From positions 14,603 to 78,602 of the forward strand of contig JARVGK010000006.1 in NCBI GenBank assembly GCA_029762535.1: DNA of 64,000 nt, in the 5' to 3' direction. A program made the translations under genes and the position numbers. Numbering within the stretch: position 1 is the stretch's first letter; every line of letters begins with the position of its first letter. The DNA is from Thermoplasmatota archaeon. Lineage in GTDB: Archaea > Thermoplasmatota > Penumbrarchaeia > Penumbrarchaeales > Penumbrarchaeaceae. The notes under the pieces are model-generated. The model ran no database searches. It was given only the letters and a program-made list of their open reading frames with translations, and was not told the DNA's origin. Positions 50,062 through 58,976 of the stretch are shown here, in pieces.

Positions 50062-51072
50062 ATGAAAAGAAGGCCGCCATCTCTAGTTATTGGCCGGGGT
50101 AATGGAGGGCTGCTCCTGGACCCACCTCTCCTGTCTGCACCTATGGCAGGGGTTACCGATCCCCCATACAGGGGTCTGCTGCACGAACTTGGATGCGATT
50201 TCTCCACAACGGAGATGGTGAGCGCCAGGGGCATATGCGAGGGCAATCCGACATCTACAAGGCTCCTGTTCCCGATCCCGAAGGGTCATACCGCTGTTCA
50301 ATTATTCGGTTCGGACCCGGATATGATGAGGAACGCATCTGATAGATTGACCGGTGAGGGATTCTCCGCGATCGACATCAACGCTGGCTGTCCGAAAAGG
50401 AAAGTGCATTCACAAGGTTCTGGAGGTGCATTGCTGAAGGACCACGACCGCCTTTTATGCTTAGTGGAGGCTGTCCTCGAGGGGACGGACCTGCCAGTTG
50501 GGGTGAAGCTCAGGTCCGGATGGGATGCGTTCGAACCCGTATCGTTCAAGAGGTTGGTAAGCCGATTATCAGATGCGGGCGTATCCTACATAACGATCCA
50601 TGGAAGGACGGTAATGCAGGGATTCAGGGGGGCGGCCTCTGCATCTCACGTCAGGATCGCAAGTTCCGAGAGTGACGTTCCCATTATCGCCTCGGGGGAC
50701 ATAACGGGCCCTGAAGGTGTGAACGATTATTTAACGAATGGGGCGTCCGGGTTCATGATTGGGCGGGCGCTTATGGGCGATCCATCTTTGTTCAGAAGGT
50801 TGCGGGCTTCTTTCAACGGAGAAGGATTCCATGAACGCTACGAGAGAGCGGTCCTATTGGACAACCTGAATTATTCCAGGGAGCATCTCTTTCGGGTCGT
50901 AGCTCACTACGGAGAAAGCAGAGGTGTGATCAAGTTCAGGTCCCATCTGGCATGGTATATCAAGGGAGTTGACAACAGAGCATCCCTGAGCATGAGGGTC
51001 GCATCGATGAAAAATGAGAGCGAAGCTTTGGAGATTATCTCCAAGGCCCTTGAAATGCTCGAGGTGAAATGA
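50062..51072 (+). CDS. dus: tRNA-dihydrouridine synthase (DusB-like)
   Basis: APMAGVTD, TEMV, DINAGCP, VKLRSGW, HGRT, MIGR. Confidence 0.92.
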   Translation: MKRRPPSLVIGRGNGGLLLDPPLLSAPMAGVTDPPYRGLLHELGCDFSTTEMVSARGICEGNPTSTRLLFPIPKGHTAVQLFGSDPDMMRNASDRLTGEGFSAIDINAGCPKRKVHSQGSGGALLKDHDRLLCLVEAVLEGTDLPVGVKLRSGWDAFEPVSFKRLVSRLSDAGVSYITIHGRTVMQGFRGAASASHVRIASSESDVPIIASGDITGPEGVNDYLTNGASGFMIGRALMGDPSLFRRLRASFNGEGFHERYERAVLLDNLNYSREHLFRVVAHYGESRGVIKFRSHLAWYIKGVDNRASLSMRVASMKNESEALEIISKALEMLEVK

Positions 51073-51141
51073 ATCCAACAACAGTCAAATTTTTATAATC
51101 CAAGACATGTTGTTCCCCGACGAAAAAGGAGTCTGATATCA

Positions 51142-53820
51142 TTGAAATCTATGTTGACGATCATGACCGTGTCGCTTCTTCTGTGCATGGGAAGCATGCC
51201 CTTTCTGAGCATCGCCCGTGAGGATGAACAGGATATGAAAAGGAGCGACGGCAAGTACTATCTCAACGGGAAATATTTCATCCCGCAAAGCTGGGATCGC
51301 AGCAGGATGTACCTTCACGTGTTCCTTCAGAACAGGGACAGGGTTCCAACGAAGGACGTGGTCGGGTCCGGGAACTATCAGGCCGGAATGGTCGCAAATT
51401 CCTACCAGTCGATAATGGACGGGAACGAACACTCATCGGGAGATCAGCGCAGGACTCTGTTCGAGCTCTTCACGGACACGGATTGTTTCTACTGCCCAGG
51501 GGCCGATGCCGCAGCCCACCGCATCGCCGAGGGGCCTCTATTCCCCGACAACATCACCCTGATAGAATGGCATTACAACACCGCGGGCGAGGCCGATCCC
51601 TTCGAAACGGGATCATCCAGGGCCCGGGCAGATTTCTACGACATCAGGGGCACTCCCACGGCCGTCTTCGACGGCAGTCTGATAGCAGTCGGAGGTGACA
51701 GCTCCTGGACCAACACCGAGATCGACCGTGCATACACTTCACTGATAGAGCTCGTCAACGGATACGAACCCCTCGTATCCTTCACGACAAGGGGATGGTT
51801 CGTCGAGAACGGCACGGCCTATGACGGTCACTTCAACGTATCGGTTCAACAGATCGATGCGCTCCCACGTGGTAACTGGTCCTTTGTCGTATCCATTGTC
51901 GAGGATATGTATGACCCGGCGAAGACGGGAGAATACCACAGGTTCATACAGCGCTACACCAAATCGACCGTCCTCACGTCCCTTCACGACGGTTCACCTT
52001 CCGTCCATTTCGACGACATCACGACTTTCGGACCTGAAACGGACGCTCCCGTGAGGAACATCGTGAACATCACATGGAGCGCCTACGATGAACAGGACGG
52101 ATCCGACCTTTCCATCGATATCCGCTACCAGAGGGCTTTCGGTGAGTCCGGATACATAGCTGAGGGAATATCCAACACGGGCGTCTACGCATGGGATACG
52201 ATGTCCCCCAGGCTTCCGGATGGATACTACAACCTCATCGTGGTGGCGAAGGACAATGATCAGAAATCCACGGCCGCCTTTTCGCGAAACTTCCGGCTGG
52301 ACAATCTCGACCTCCCTGAGCTTGCGATCAAAAAACCGAAGGATGGCGATTCCATAAACGGGCGCTATACCGTCAAATGGGATTCCTCCGACGACGAGGA
52401 CGAGCGTAAGGACCTCCGCGTCCGGGTATCCATATCTGAGGACCTTGGAGGCAGCTGGGAGGTCATCTCCTATAACTTCCAGACCCAGAGCGAATGGGAG
52501 GTCGATGACGGCTCCTTCGAGTTCAACACCGCAACCTACTCGGACAAAGCGACATACATGATCAGGATCGAGGTGAAGGACACGGACGGCATGACCATAA
52601 CTAGGATGGTCGGGCCATTTGAGATCTACAACAACGACAGGCCCACCGCCGTGATACATTCACCTACCAAGGCAGTTATCCAGACAGAGATGGTGATGTT
52701 CGAATATCAGGTTGAGGACCAGGAGGACCCGTACACGGACCTCCACCTTCTCATGATCGTATCCAGGAAGGGTTCGGGCGCGGGGATAGAGGTGTTCAAC
52801 GGGACCCCCTCATCGAACAGGGCGAGCTTCAGCCTGGGAACGGATACGCTGCAGGGGGACGGCGAGTACGATCTCACCCTTATCGTCACCGATTCCCGGG
52901 GTCTTTCAAGGACGGTGACATCTTCATTCATTGTCTACGATCCGGACCATCCGGTATTCCACGATGTGAAGTTGCCAACGGGCAGTGTCTCCGATTCCTT
53001 CGATCTCGTATGGAACGCGTCCGATCCCGACATAGGAGAGACGCTGACGTTCAGCGTTCATATAAAAGGTGCAGATGAGGGGACCTGGACGCGTATCGCA
53101 TCTTCCCTGACCGCCATGGAATACAAAGTGGATGTCAGCGACCTCCCCGATGGAGAATACATGATCCGGCTGGTCGCAAGGGACAGCAGTCCTCTCAACC
53201 TCGAGACGGAGATCGACCTGGGGCCGATATTGATCGACAACCCGCAACCGCCCGAGGTGGAGTTCGTGTTCCCGCCCGAGGGGTTCAGGGGGACGATAGA
53301 CAACAGGACGCTCGACGGTTACGTCCTGACGATAAGCTACAACGCATCAGACCCGGACGGCGGAGCCATATTCTTCACGCTGTTCTACCGTGTGGAAAAT
53401 ACAAAGGTCTGGCTACCTCTACACAATGATGTGAGTAGAACATCCAAGACATTCAGATGGGATCTGAAAGATTTCAATGATGGAAAATACTATCTCAAGG
53501 TCGTGGCCAGGGATGGGACCAACCTGACCGGAGAGTCCACCATAGGACCGTTCGATCTGATCAAGCCCAAGGATACCCCTAAACCCCCCGAGGACCCTAA
53601 CAAGGACGACAAGAAAGGAGAACAGGAGAACGATCTGGACCTCGGATCGGCATTGATGATGGGCCTTATCATACTGGTGGTCCTGGTCCTGATATCCCTC
53701 GTCGCCATAGGGATCATCTCCCTTGCCAAAAGAAAGAAGAAGATCGAGGTAGTGCCCAAAGAGGAGGACATCGACCTGTCGGTACCTGAGTTCGATCGGG
53801 GCGCGCCACCGGACAACTAG
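51142..53820 (+). CDS. Surface protein with Omp28-like thioredoxin (CFYC) domain, repeated Ig-like domains and C-terminal TM
   Basis: ELFTDTDCFYCP, WHY, GTPTAVFDG, repeated W.A.D...DG.Y.....A.D units, TM followed by KRKKK. Confidence 0.8.
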   Translation: MKSMLTIMTVSLLLCMGSMPFLSIAREDEQDMKRSDGKYYLNGKYFIPQSWDRSRMYLHVFLQNRDRVPTKDVVGSGNYQAGMVANSYQSIMDGNEHSSGDQRRTLFELFTDTDCFYCPGADAAAHRIAEGPLFPDNITLIEWHYNTAGEADPFETGSSRARADFYDIRGTPTAVFDGSLIAVGGDSSWTNTEIDRAYTSLIELVNGYEPLVSFTTRGWFVENGTAYDGHFNVSVQQIDALPRGNWSFVVSIVEDMYDPAKTGEYHRFIQRYTKSTVLTSLHDGSPSVHFDDITTFGPETDAPVRNIVNITWSAYDEQDGSDLSIDIRYQRAFGESGYIAEGISNTGVYAWDTMSPRLPDGYYNLIVVAKDNDQKSTAAFSRNFRLDNLDLPELAIKKPKDGDSINGRYTVKWDSSDDEDERKDLRVRVSISEDLGGSWEVISYNFQTQSEWEVDDGSFEFNTATYSDKATYMIRIEVKDTDGMTITRMVGPFEIYNNDRPTAVIHSPTKAVIQTEMVMFEYQVEDQEDPYTDLHLLMIVSRKGSGAGIEVFNGTPSSNRASFSLGTDTLQGDGEYDLTLIVTDSRGLSRTVTSSFIVYDPDHPVFHDVKLPTGSVSDSFDLVWNASDPDIGETLTFSVHIKGADEGTWTRIASSLTAMEYKVDVSDLPDGEYMIRLVARDSSPLNLETEIDLGPILIDNPQPPEVEFVFPPEGFRGTIDNRTLDGYVLTISYNASDPDGGAIFFTLFYRVENTKVWLPLHNDVSRTSKTFRWDLKDFNDGKYYLKVVARDGTNLTGESTIGPFDLIKPKDTPKPPEDPNKDDKKGEQENDLDLGSALMMGLIILVVLVLISLVAIGIISLAKRKKKIEVVPKEEDIDLSVPEFDRGAPPDN

Positions 53821-56522
53821 AAATTCAGTATTCCGCTGAATAGCCTGTAGCCCCAGAAGAAGTACCAGATAACAAAAGCCCCGGTGAGTATGAGCAGACC
53901 TCCGGAGACCTTCTTGATAGTATCCATTGAGGAGATGAGTTTGGTTATCAGGCCCTCGCTTGATGAGACCATAAGGCTTACGAACACCATCATGGCCCCG
54001 AGGCTCAAGGCGTAAACAATGAATATGACCCCTCCGCCGATCAGCCCGGTGGAGAAGCCGAGAAGCATGACGGCTATGAATATGGGCGCCATGCAACTTG
54101 ATGCTGCCGCCCCGTAGCCGAAGCCGTAGGCGAACAGGCTACCGACACCGCCTTCGGTCGAGGTCTTAACGCCAAGCGCCTGACCTATCTTCGAGAAGGG
54201 TATCTTGACCATCTCCACCATCCTCTCGAGATACGAGTCGAAGCCTAACATAATCGAAAGACCGAGTATCAGTAATATGCCTCCAACTACTGGCATCAGA
54301 CTGTATAGATAGCTCTGCACGACGGCTCCGAATATAGCCACGAATACGCCGATGAGCAAAAAGAAGGCGATGATCCCCGATGCGGCGAAGAGACCTCCCT
54401 TGACCGGGCTTGCTTTTTTCTGCCCCTTCTTCAGGTCCTGTGCCACGTAGTAGGTCAGATAGCCTGGAAGCATGGGGAATGAGCATGGGGAGAAGAAGGT
54501 GAGTATTCCGAAGCCCGCGGCAAGGGGGAGGAGCATTATGAATGAAGTGGACCTCTGGCCCAGGGTCTGGGCCCTGTAATCGCCGCTGACGGCGTTGTCT
54601 ATTGCCTCGGTCACATCGTTCGAGTCTATTACCCCCTTGTGCGTGTATGCTATCTCGCCGTTTGGAGCGATTATGACCATCTTGGGGACCGAGAACGCGT
54701 CGAACTTCTGCATGAAGCTGGGTTCGCGTCCAATTGGCCATTCGGCCCCGTACCTGTTCTGGAATTCGTCCAGAGCCTGATCGCTATCGCTCTTCTGGAT
54801 CGAGACCGAGAGGAACTCCACGTCCGAACCGTATCTCTGCTTCACGTCCTCGTAGACCCTGACAAGGTCAGGCATCTCCTTCTGGCAAAAGCTGCAGTCC
54901 ACGAACATCATGTTGAGAACGAGGACCTTACCGTCGTACAGCTCCGGCGTATGCGTTTTACCCTGAGTATCCTTCACGGTAAAGTCTGGGACCCGGTCCG
55001 TATCGCTCTTGGCCATTGAGGATACTCCGATCATCGTCAATATCAGGCCGAGGGATATGAATACAGCAAGTGCCGCCTTCGAGGAATGGAATCCCTTCTT
55101 CTTCTTTCCGATTATGAAAAGCGCAGGTCCGATCACAAGGAGTACCAGACCGATGCCGAGTATGACCGTGGATAAGCTAATGTCGAATCCGATAACAGCG
55201 CTCTTCTCGGCGGAGGAGACCCCATCCCCGATAGAGAATACGGCCGAGGATGAGCTTATACCTTCATCGTCGTACATCAGGACCTGCATCATGATGGGAT
55301 CGACCCCGGGATCTATGGTCGCGGTCCCGACGGGATCGGAGTAGGCGTAGCATATCCCCTGATCGTCGCAGAGCTCCTCACCGCTTATGGTCAGCTTGAC
55401 GGAGGTCCAGATAGGCACCTCAGGAAGTTCCGGGACCTCTGTCGAGTAGAATAGGTATGCCTCCGCGATCCCATTGTCGTCTCCCATCACGACCTGGACC
55501 TCACCGTTATCGTAAGATAGAGATGATACGCTGGATCGTTGATTCTCAAGGTCATAGGCAGTTGACCTGGAGGTGGCTGACTGGACGCATCTTGGTGAAT
55601 TGGCCTTTACGTTCGCGTTGCTTCCGCCGGAGGAGGTGTCGGAGGTATCGAATATCGCGGCAACGGCATAGACGTCCTGCGGCTTTATCCGAACCTCGGC
55701 ATCCGGTATGCTCCATGTCCCGGAATAAAGATAATCCTCCCTGGCCGATAATGTGAAGGTCTCGTCCCTGACCGCGTAACCCCTGAAGACCGCGTCATTT
55801 CGGATGTAGGGGTCCTCGATCCCCTTGTCCTCATATACCTTGGATCTGGCCGTGACGTTGTCCTCGACCATGAAGATATATAGCGTTCCTCTGAGAGCGG
55901 GGGCCCCGACAGATTTGGCGTTGCCCAGGTACGAGGCCTTTACCTCCACATAGAACGATCCGTCCTGGTTGAAGATCTCCCTAACCTCCATCGAAAGATA
56001 CGGGAAGGACCAGGTCAATCTCTCCAAGGGCCTCACGGGTTTGTCGTTATATCTGGTGGCGGCGTTCGTAAGTGCGCTCTGCACGCTGGACTTTGTTATA
56101 GGGGTGGGATTCGTCGAGAAACCTCCGATGGTGGTGTACCCACCGTCGATCTCGACATCCGGTGTGCCGGATATTCCGGGCTGGTAGAACCTCATGCGCT
56201 CCTCGCCCTCCTCTGTGCGCAGCGAGTCCTCGCCGCCCCCGTTGAGCTGGTGGAACACTACGGTCGTGAAAGGTTCCGAGAGATCCCCACGAGATTCTTT
56301 ATATAGATCGTGGACGGCCTTTTCGGGGCTGTCATCGTCAGGGCCGTCCCCCATGCATGAAGGGCAGGAGAGCCCTGTGAAATATTCGAGAATGGGCCTG
56401 TGAACATATCCGGAAGGCGGTGGTGCGAAGGGTCCATCCACAGTTACAGCCCCATTGCTGGAGAGCGGAAGCGAGAGGAGCAAAAGCGCCCCGATGAAGA
56501 GAACATACCTGGTCCCGGACAT
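53817..56522 (-). CDS. Fusion: Omp28-like thioredoxin (CPSC) + TlpA-like thioredoxin (CSFC) + CcdA/DsbD membrane domain
   Basis: EYFTGLSCPSC..GTPDVEIDG; PDFT..GKVLVLN..CSFCQKEMP; FFSPCSFPMLP and SSCMAPIF. Confidence 0.85.
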   Translation of the reverse strand: MSGTRYVLFIGALLLLSLPLSSNGAVTVDGPFAPPPSGYVHRPILEYFTGLSCPSCMGDGPDDDSPEKAVHDLYKESRGDLSEPFTTVVFHQLNGGGEDSLRTEEGEERMRFYQPGISGTPDVEIDGGYTTIGGFSTNPTPITKSSVQSALTNAATRYNDKPVRPLERLTWSFPYLSMEVREIFNQDGSFYVEVKASYLGNAKSVGAPALRGTLYIFMVEDNVTARSKVYEDKGIEDPYIRNDAVFRGYAVRDETFTLSAREDYLYSGTWSIPDAEVRIKPQDVYAVAAIFDTSDTSSGGSNANVKANSPRCVQSATSRSTAYDLENQRSSVSSLSYDNGEVQVVMGDDNGIAEAYLFYSTEVPELPEVPIWTSVKLTISGEELCDDQGICYAYSDPVGTATIDPGVDPIMMQVLMYDDEGISSSSAVFSIGDGVSSAEKSAVIGFDISLSTVILGIGLVLLVIGPALFIIGKKKKGFHSSKAALAVFISLGLILTMIGVSSMAKSDTDRVPDFTVKDTQGKTHTPELYDGKVLVLNMMFVDCSFCQKEMPDLVRVYEDVKQRYGSDVEFLSVSIQKSDSDQALDEFQNRYGAEWPIGREPSFMQKFDAFSVPKMVIIAPNGEIAYTHKGVIDSNDVTEAIDNAVSGDYRAQTLGQRSTSFIMLLPLAAGFGILTFFSPCSFPMLPGYLTYYVAQDLKKGQKKASPVKGGLFAASGIIAFFLLIGVFVAIFGAVVQSYLYSLMPVVGGILLILGLSIMLGFDSYLERMVEMVKIPFSKIGQALGVKTSTEGGVGSLFAYGFGYGAAASSCMAPIFIAVMLLGFSTGLIGGGVIFIVYALSLGAMMVFVSLMVSSSEGLITKLISSMDTIKKVSGGLLILTGAFVIWYFFWGYRLFSGILNF

Positions 56523-56680
56523 GAAGTTACCTCGCTGGTGGATGACTGGCTATGAACTGGATGGGACCAATCACTATAATCCATATATGAAACTTACCGC
56601 TTACATGTGTTCCTATTCCCCCAGATCCGACCCAACTTTTATAACTCGTTCGAACTTGATGCCTTTCAGGTGAGACCGAT

Positions 56681-57736
56681 TTGGACCTTGATCTCTTCGA
56701 TTACGAGCTGCCTAAGGGAATGATCGCCCAGGAAGGTGCCGTTCCCAGGGATTCCTCCAGGCTATTTCACGCCAGGATCGGAAAAGGGTCCTCCCATCTC
56801 CGCTTCCGTGACCTTCCAGAGGTCCTATCGGAGGGGGACTTGCTGGTGATCAACCGCTCGAAGGTCATCCCCGCAAGGGTCAAAGGAAAAAAGCCCACCC
56901 TCGGTCGGGCCGAGGTCCTGTTCCTCGAGGAGGTCCCGGGCGGATGGGAGGCGATCGTCAGCGGAAAAGGGATCAAGGAGGGTACCGACATCCTGCTAGA
57001 CGATCCCGGATATTCGATCCGGGTGATCAAGAGGTTGAATGAAGGACGGTTCCTGATCCGCCCAATGAGGGAGGGACATACGCTAAACCTGGACGAGCTG
57101 TTCTCGTTCCTCGAGAGGTTCGGTAGTATGCCCACGCCGCCCTATGTGAAGGGAGAACTCCCCTATCCCGAGATGTACCAGACGATATACGCTAGAGAGG
57201 AGGGGTCCGTGGCGGCGCCCACGGCTGGCCTTCATTTTACCGAGGATGTACTGCGTCGTCTCAGGGAAAAGGGCGTTGAGATAAAAGAGATCGTACTGCA
57301 CGTCGGGATGGGGACCTTCGCCCCTGTCAGGTCCCAAAATGTCAGGGATCACGTGATGGAGGAGGAAAGGTTCTTCGTCCCCGCGGACGTTCAAAGGGCG
57401 GTAATGGAGGCGTGCCAGGACGCGCAAAAGGGTAGATACCGATTATGGGCAGTGGGCACAACGGTTATGAGGACTCTCGAAACGGCCTTTCTAAGCGATG
57501 GAACCTGCATCAAGGAGGCGGGAAGGAGCGGCATATTCATCTATCCGGGCTACGAGTTCAAACTGCCCTACAAGGGTTTCATAACCAACTTCCATCTTCC
57601 CAGATCGACGCCTCTGATGATGTTATGCGCCTTCTGGAACAGGGATGAGGTGCTGACATCCTATTCGGAAGCGGTAATGATCGGCTACAGGTTCTATTCC
57701 CTGGGCGATTCGATGGCGGTACAAAGGAGGGATTGA
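56681..57736 (+). CDS. queA: S-adenosylmethionine:tRNA ribosyltransferase-isomerase
   Basis: FDYELP..IAQ, PPY, YQTIYA..GSVAAPTAGLHFT, LHVGMGTF, VGTT, TNFHLPRST, YRFYSLGDSM. Confidence 0.95.
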   Translation: MDLDLFDYELPKGMIAQEGAVPRDSSRLFHARIGKGSSHLRFRDLPEVLSEGDLLVINRSKVIPARVKGKKPTLGRAEVLFLEEVPGGWEAIVSGKGIKEGTDILLDDPGYSIRVIKRLNEGRFLIRPMREGHTLNLDELFSFLERFGSMPTPPYVKGELPYPEMYQTIYAREEGSVAAPTAGLHFTEDVLRRLREKGVEIKEIVLHVGMGTFAPVRSQNVRDHVMEEERFFVPADVQRAVMEACQDAQKGRYRLWAVGTTVMRTLETAFLSDGTCIKEAGRSGIFIYPGYEFKLPYKGFITNFHLPRSTPLMMLCAFWNRDEVLTSYSEAVMIGYRFYSLGDSMAVQRRD

Positions 57737-57737
57737 C

Positions 57738-58877
57738 ATATCGCATTTCGAGCTTGAGGCGGAACTGAACGGAGCAAGGGCAGGGAGGCTCGAATTGGAC
57801 TCGGGCCTGGTCCTCAAGACGCCGATATTCATGCCTGTGGCCACCAAGCTCTCGGTGAAGACGGTATCGCCCGCGGACCTGATCGATTGCGGGACCTCCG
57901 CGCTTATTACGAACGGATTCCTCGCCCATCTCCGCCCCGGGTCCGAGACCTTGAAGGAGATGGGAGGGATAGGCCCGTTCATGGGTTGGGAAGGGGGATT
58001 GTTCTCCGATTCCGGCGGTTTCCAGATAATAAGGAAGGGGTTCGATCCGAGATTCTCGGACTCGGGAGTGATGTTGAGATCACCTTACTCCGGGAGCGTC
58101 GTGGAACTGACCCCGGAGAAGGTGGTCGATATTCACCACATGCACGGGGTGGATGTGGGCATGGTCCTGGACCATTGTCCGCCGTATGGGTCCAGTGAGG
58201 AAGGGATTTTAACATCCGCAAGAAGGACATTGGAATGGGCTAGAAGGTCCTGTGATCATGTACGCGATATCTCAGTGGACCTGCTCCCAAAGGGAAGGAT
58301 CGCCCCTCCCATGATCTTTGCCATTACACAGGGAGGCACCTTCACCGATATACGGGAGAAGAACACTAAAAAACTGATAGAGCTGGACCTGCCAGGCTAC
58401 GGAATAGGAGGACTCTCGATCGGAGAGGATAAGTCCGATACGTTCTCGTCGTTGAGGGCGTCCACCTCTTTTCTTCCCGTGGACAAGCCCAGGTACTTCA
58501 TGGGGGTGGGGGATCCCAAAGATGTTGTGAGATCGGTCGCCTCAGGTGTTGATATATTCGATTCGGTGTTCCCAACGCGCAACGCCAGGCACGGGTCCGT
58601 CTTCACTCCCTCGGGAAGGGAGAACATCAGGGCAAGCAGCTGGAGAGGAGTGTCGGACCCCATCCTCGAAGGGTGTGGATGCCCCGCGTGCAGGGACCAT
58701 ACAAGGGGTTACATCGAACACCTGTTCAGCACGGGTGAGCTGTTGGGGGCCAGGCTCGCAACGGTCCACAACCTGCACTTCATGCAGCAGCTCGTAACAG
58801 GTATACGGAGGGCGATACTCGAAGGGGAGAACGTGGGCCAGGACATAGGATCCGAGATCATGTCCTTTTTCGAATAA
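57738..58877 (+). CDS. tgt: Bacterial-type tRNA-guanine(34) transglycosylase
   Basis: ARAGRL..TPIFMPV, DSGGFQ, LDHCP, QGG, GGLSIGE, YFMGVG, FDSVFPTRNARHG, CGCPAC..HN; no PUA domain. ATA start proposed. Confidence 0.92.
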   Translation: MSHFELEAELNGARAGRLELDSGLVLKTPIFMPVATKLSVKTVSPADLIDCGTSALITNGFLAHLRPGSETLKEMGGIGPFMGWEGGLFSDSGGFQIIRKGFDPRFSDSGVMLRSPYSGSVVELTPEKVVDIHHMHGVDVGMVLDHCPPYGSSEEGILTSARRTLEWARRSCDHVRDISVDLLPKGRIAPPMIFAITQGGTFTDIREKNTKKLIELDLPGYGIGGLSIGEDKSDTFSSLRASTSFLPVDKPRYFMGVGDPKDVVRSVASGVDIFDSVFPTRNARHGSVFTPSGRENIRASSWRGVSDPILEGCGCPACRDHTRGYIEHLFSTGELLGARLATVHNLHFMQQLVTGIRRAILEGENVGQDIGSEIMSFFE

Positions 58878-58976
58878 GATACACCGACCTTAAAAAACGT
58901 TTATATAGGCCCTACCATCTCGCCTCGAAAGGGCTCCATAAGAGCCGATCGAGAAATGAACATGGGGTGTGAAAAT

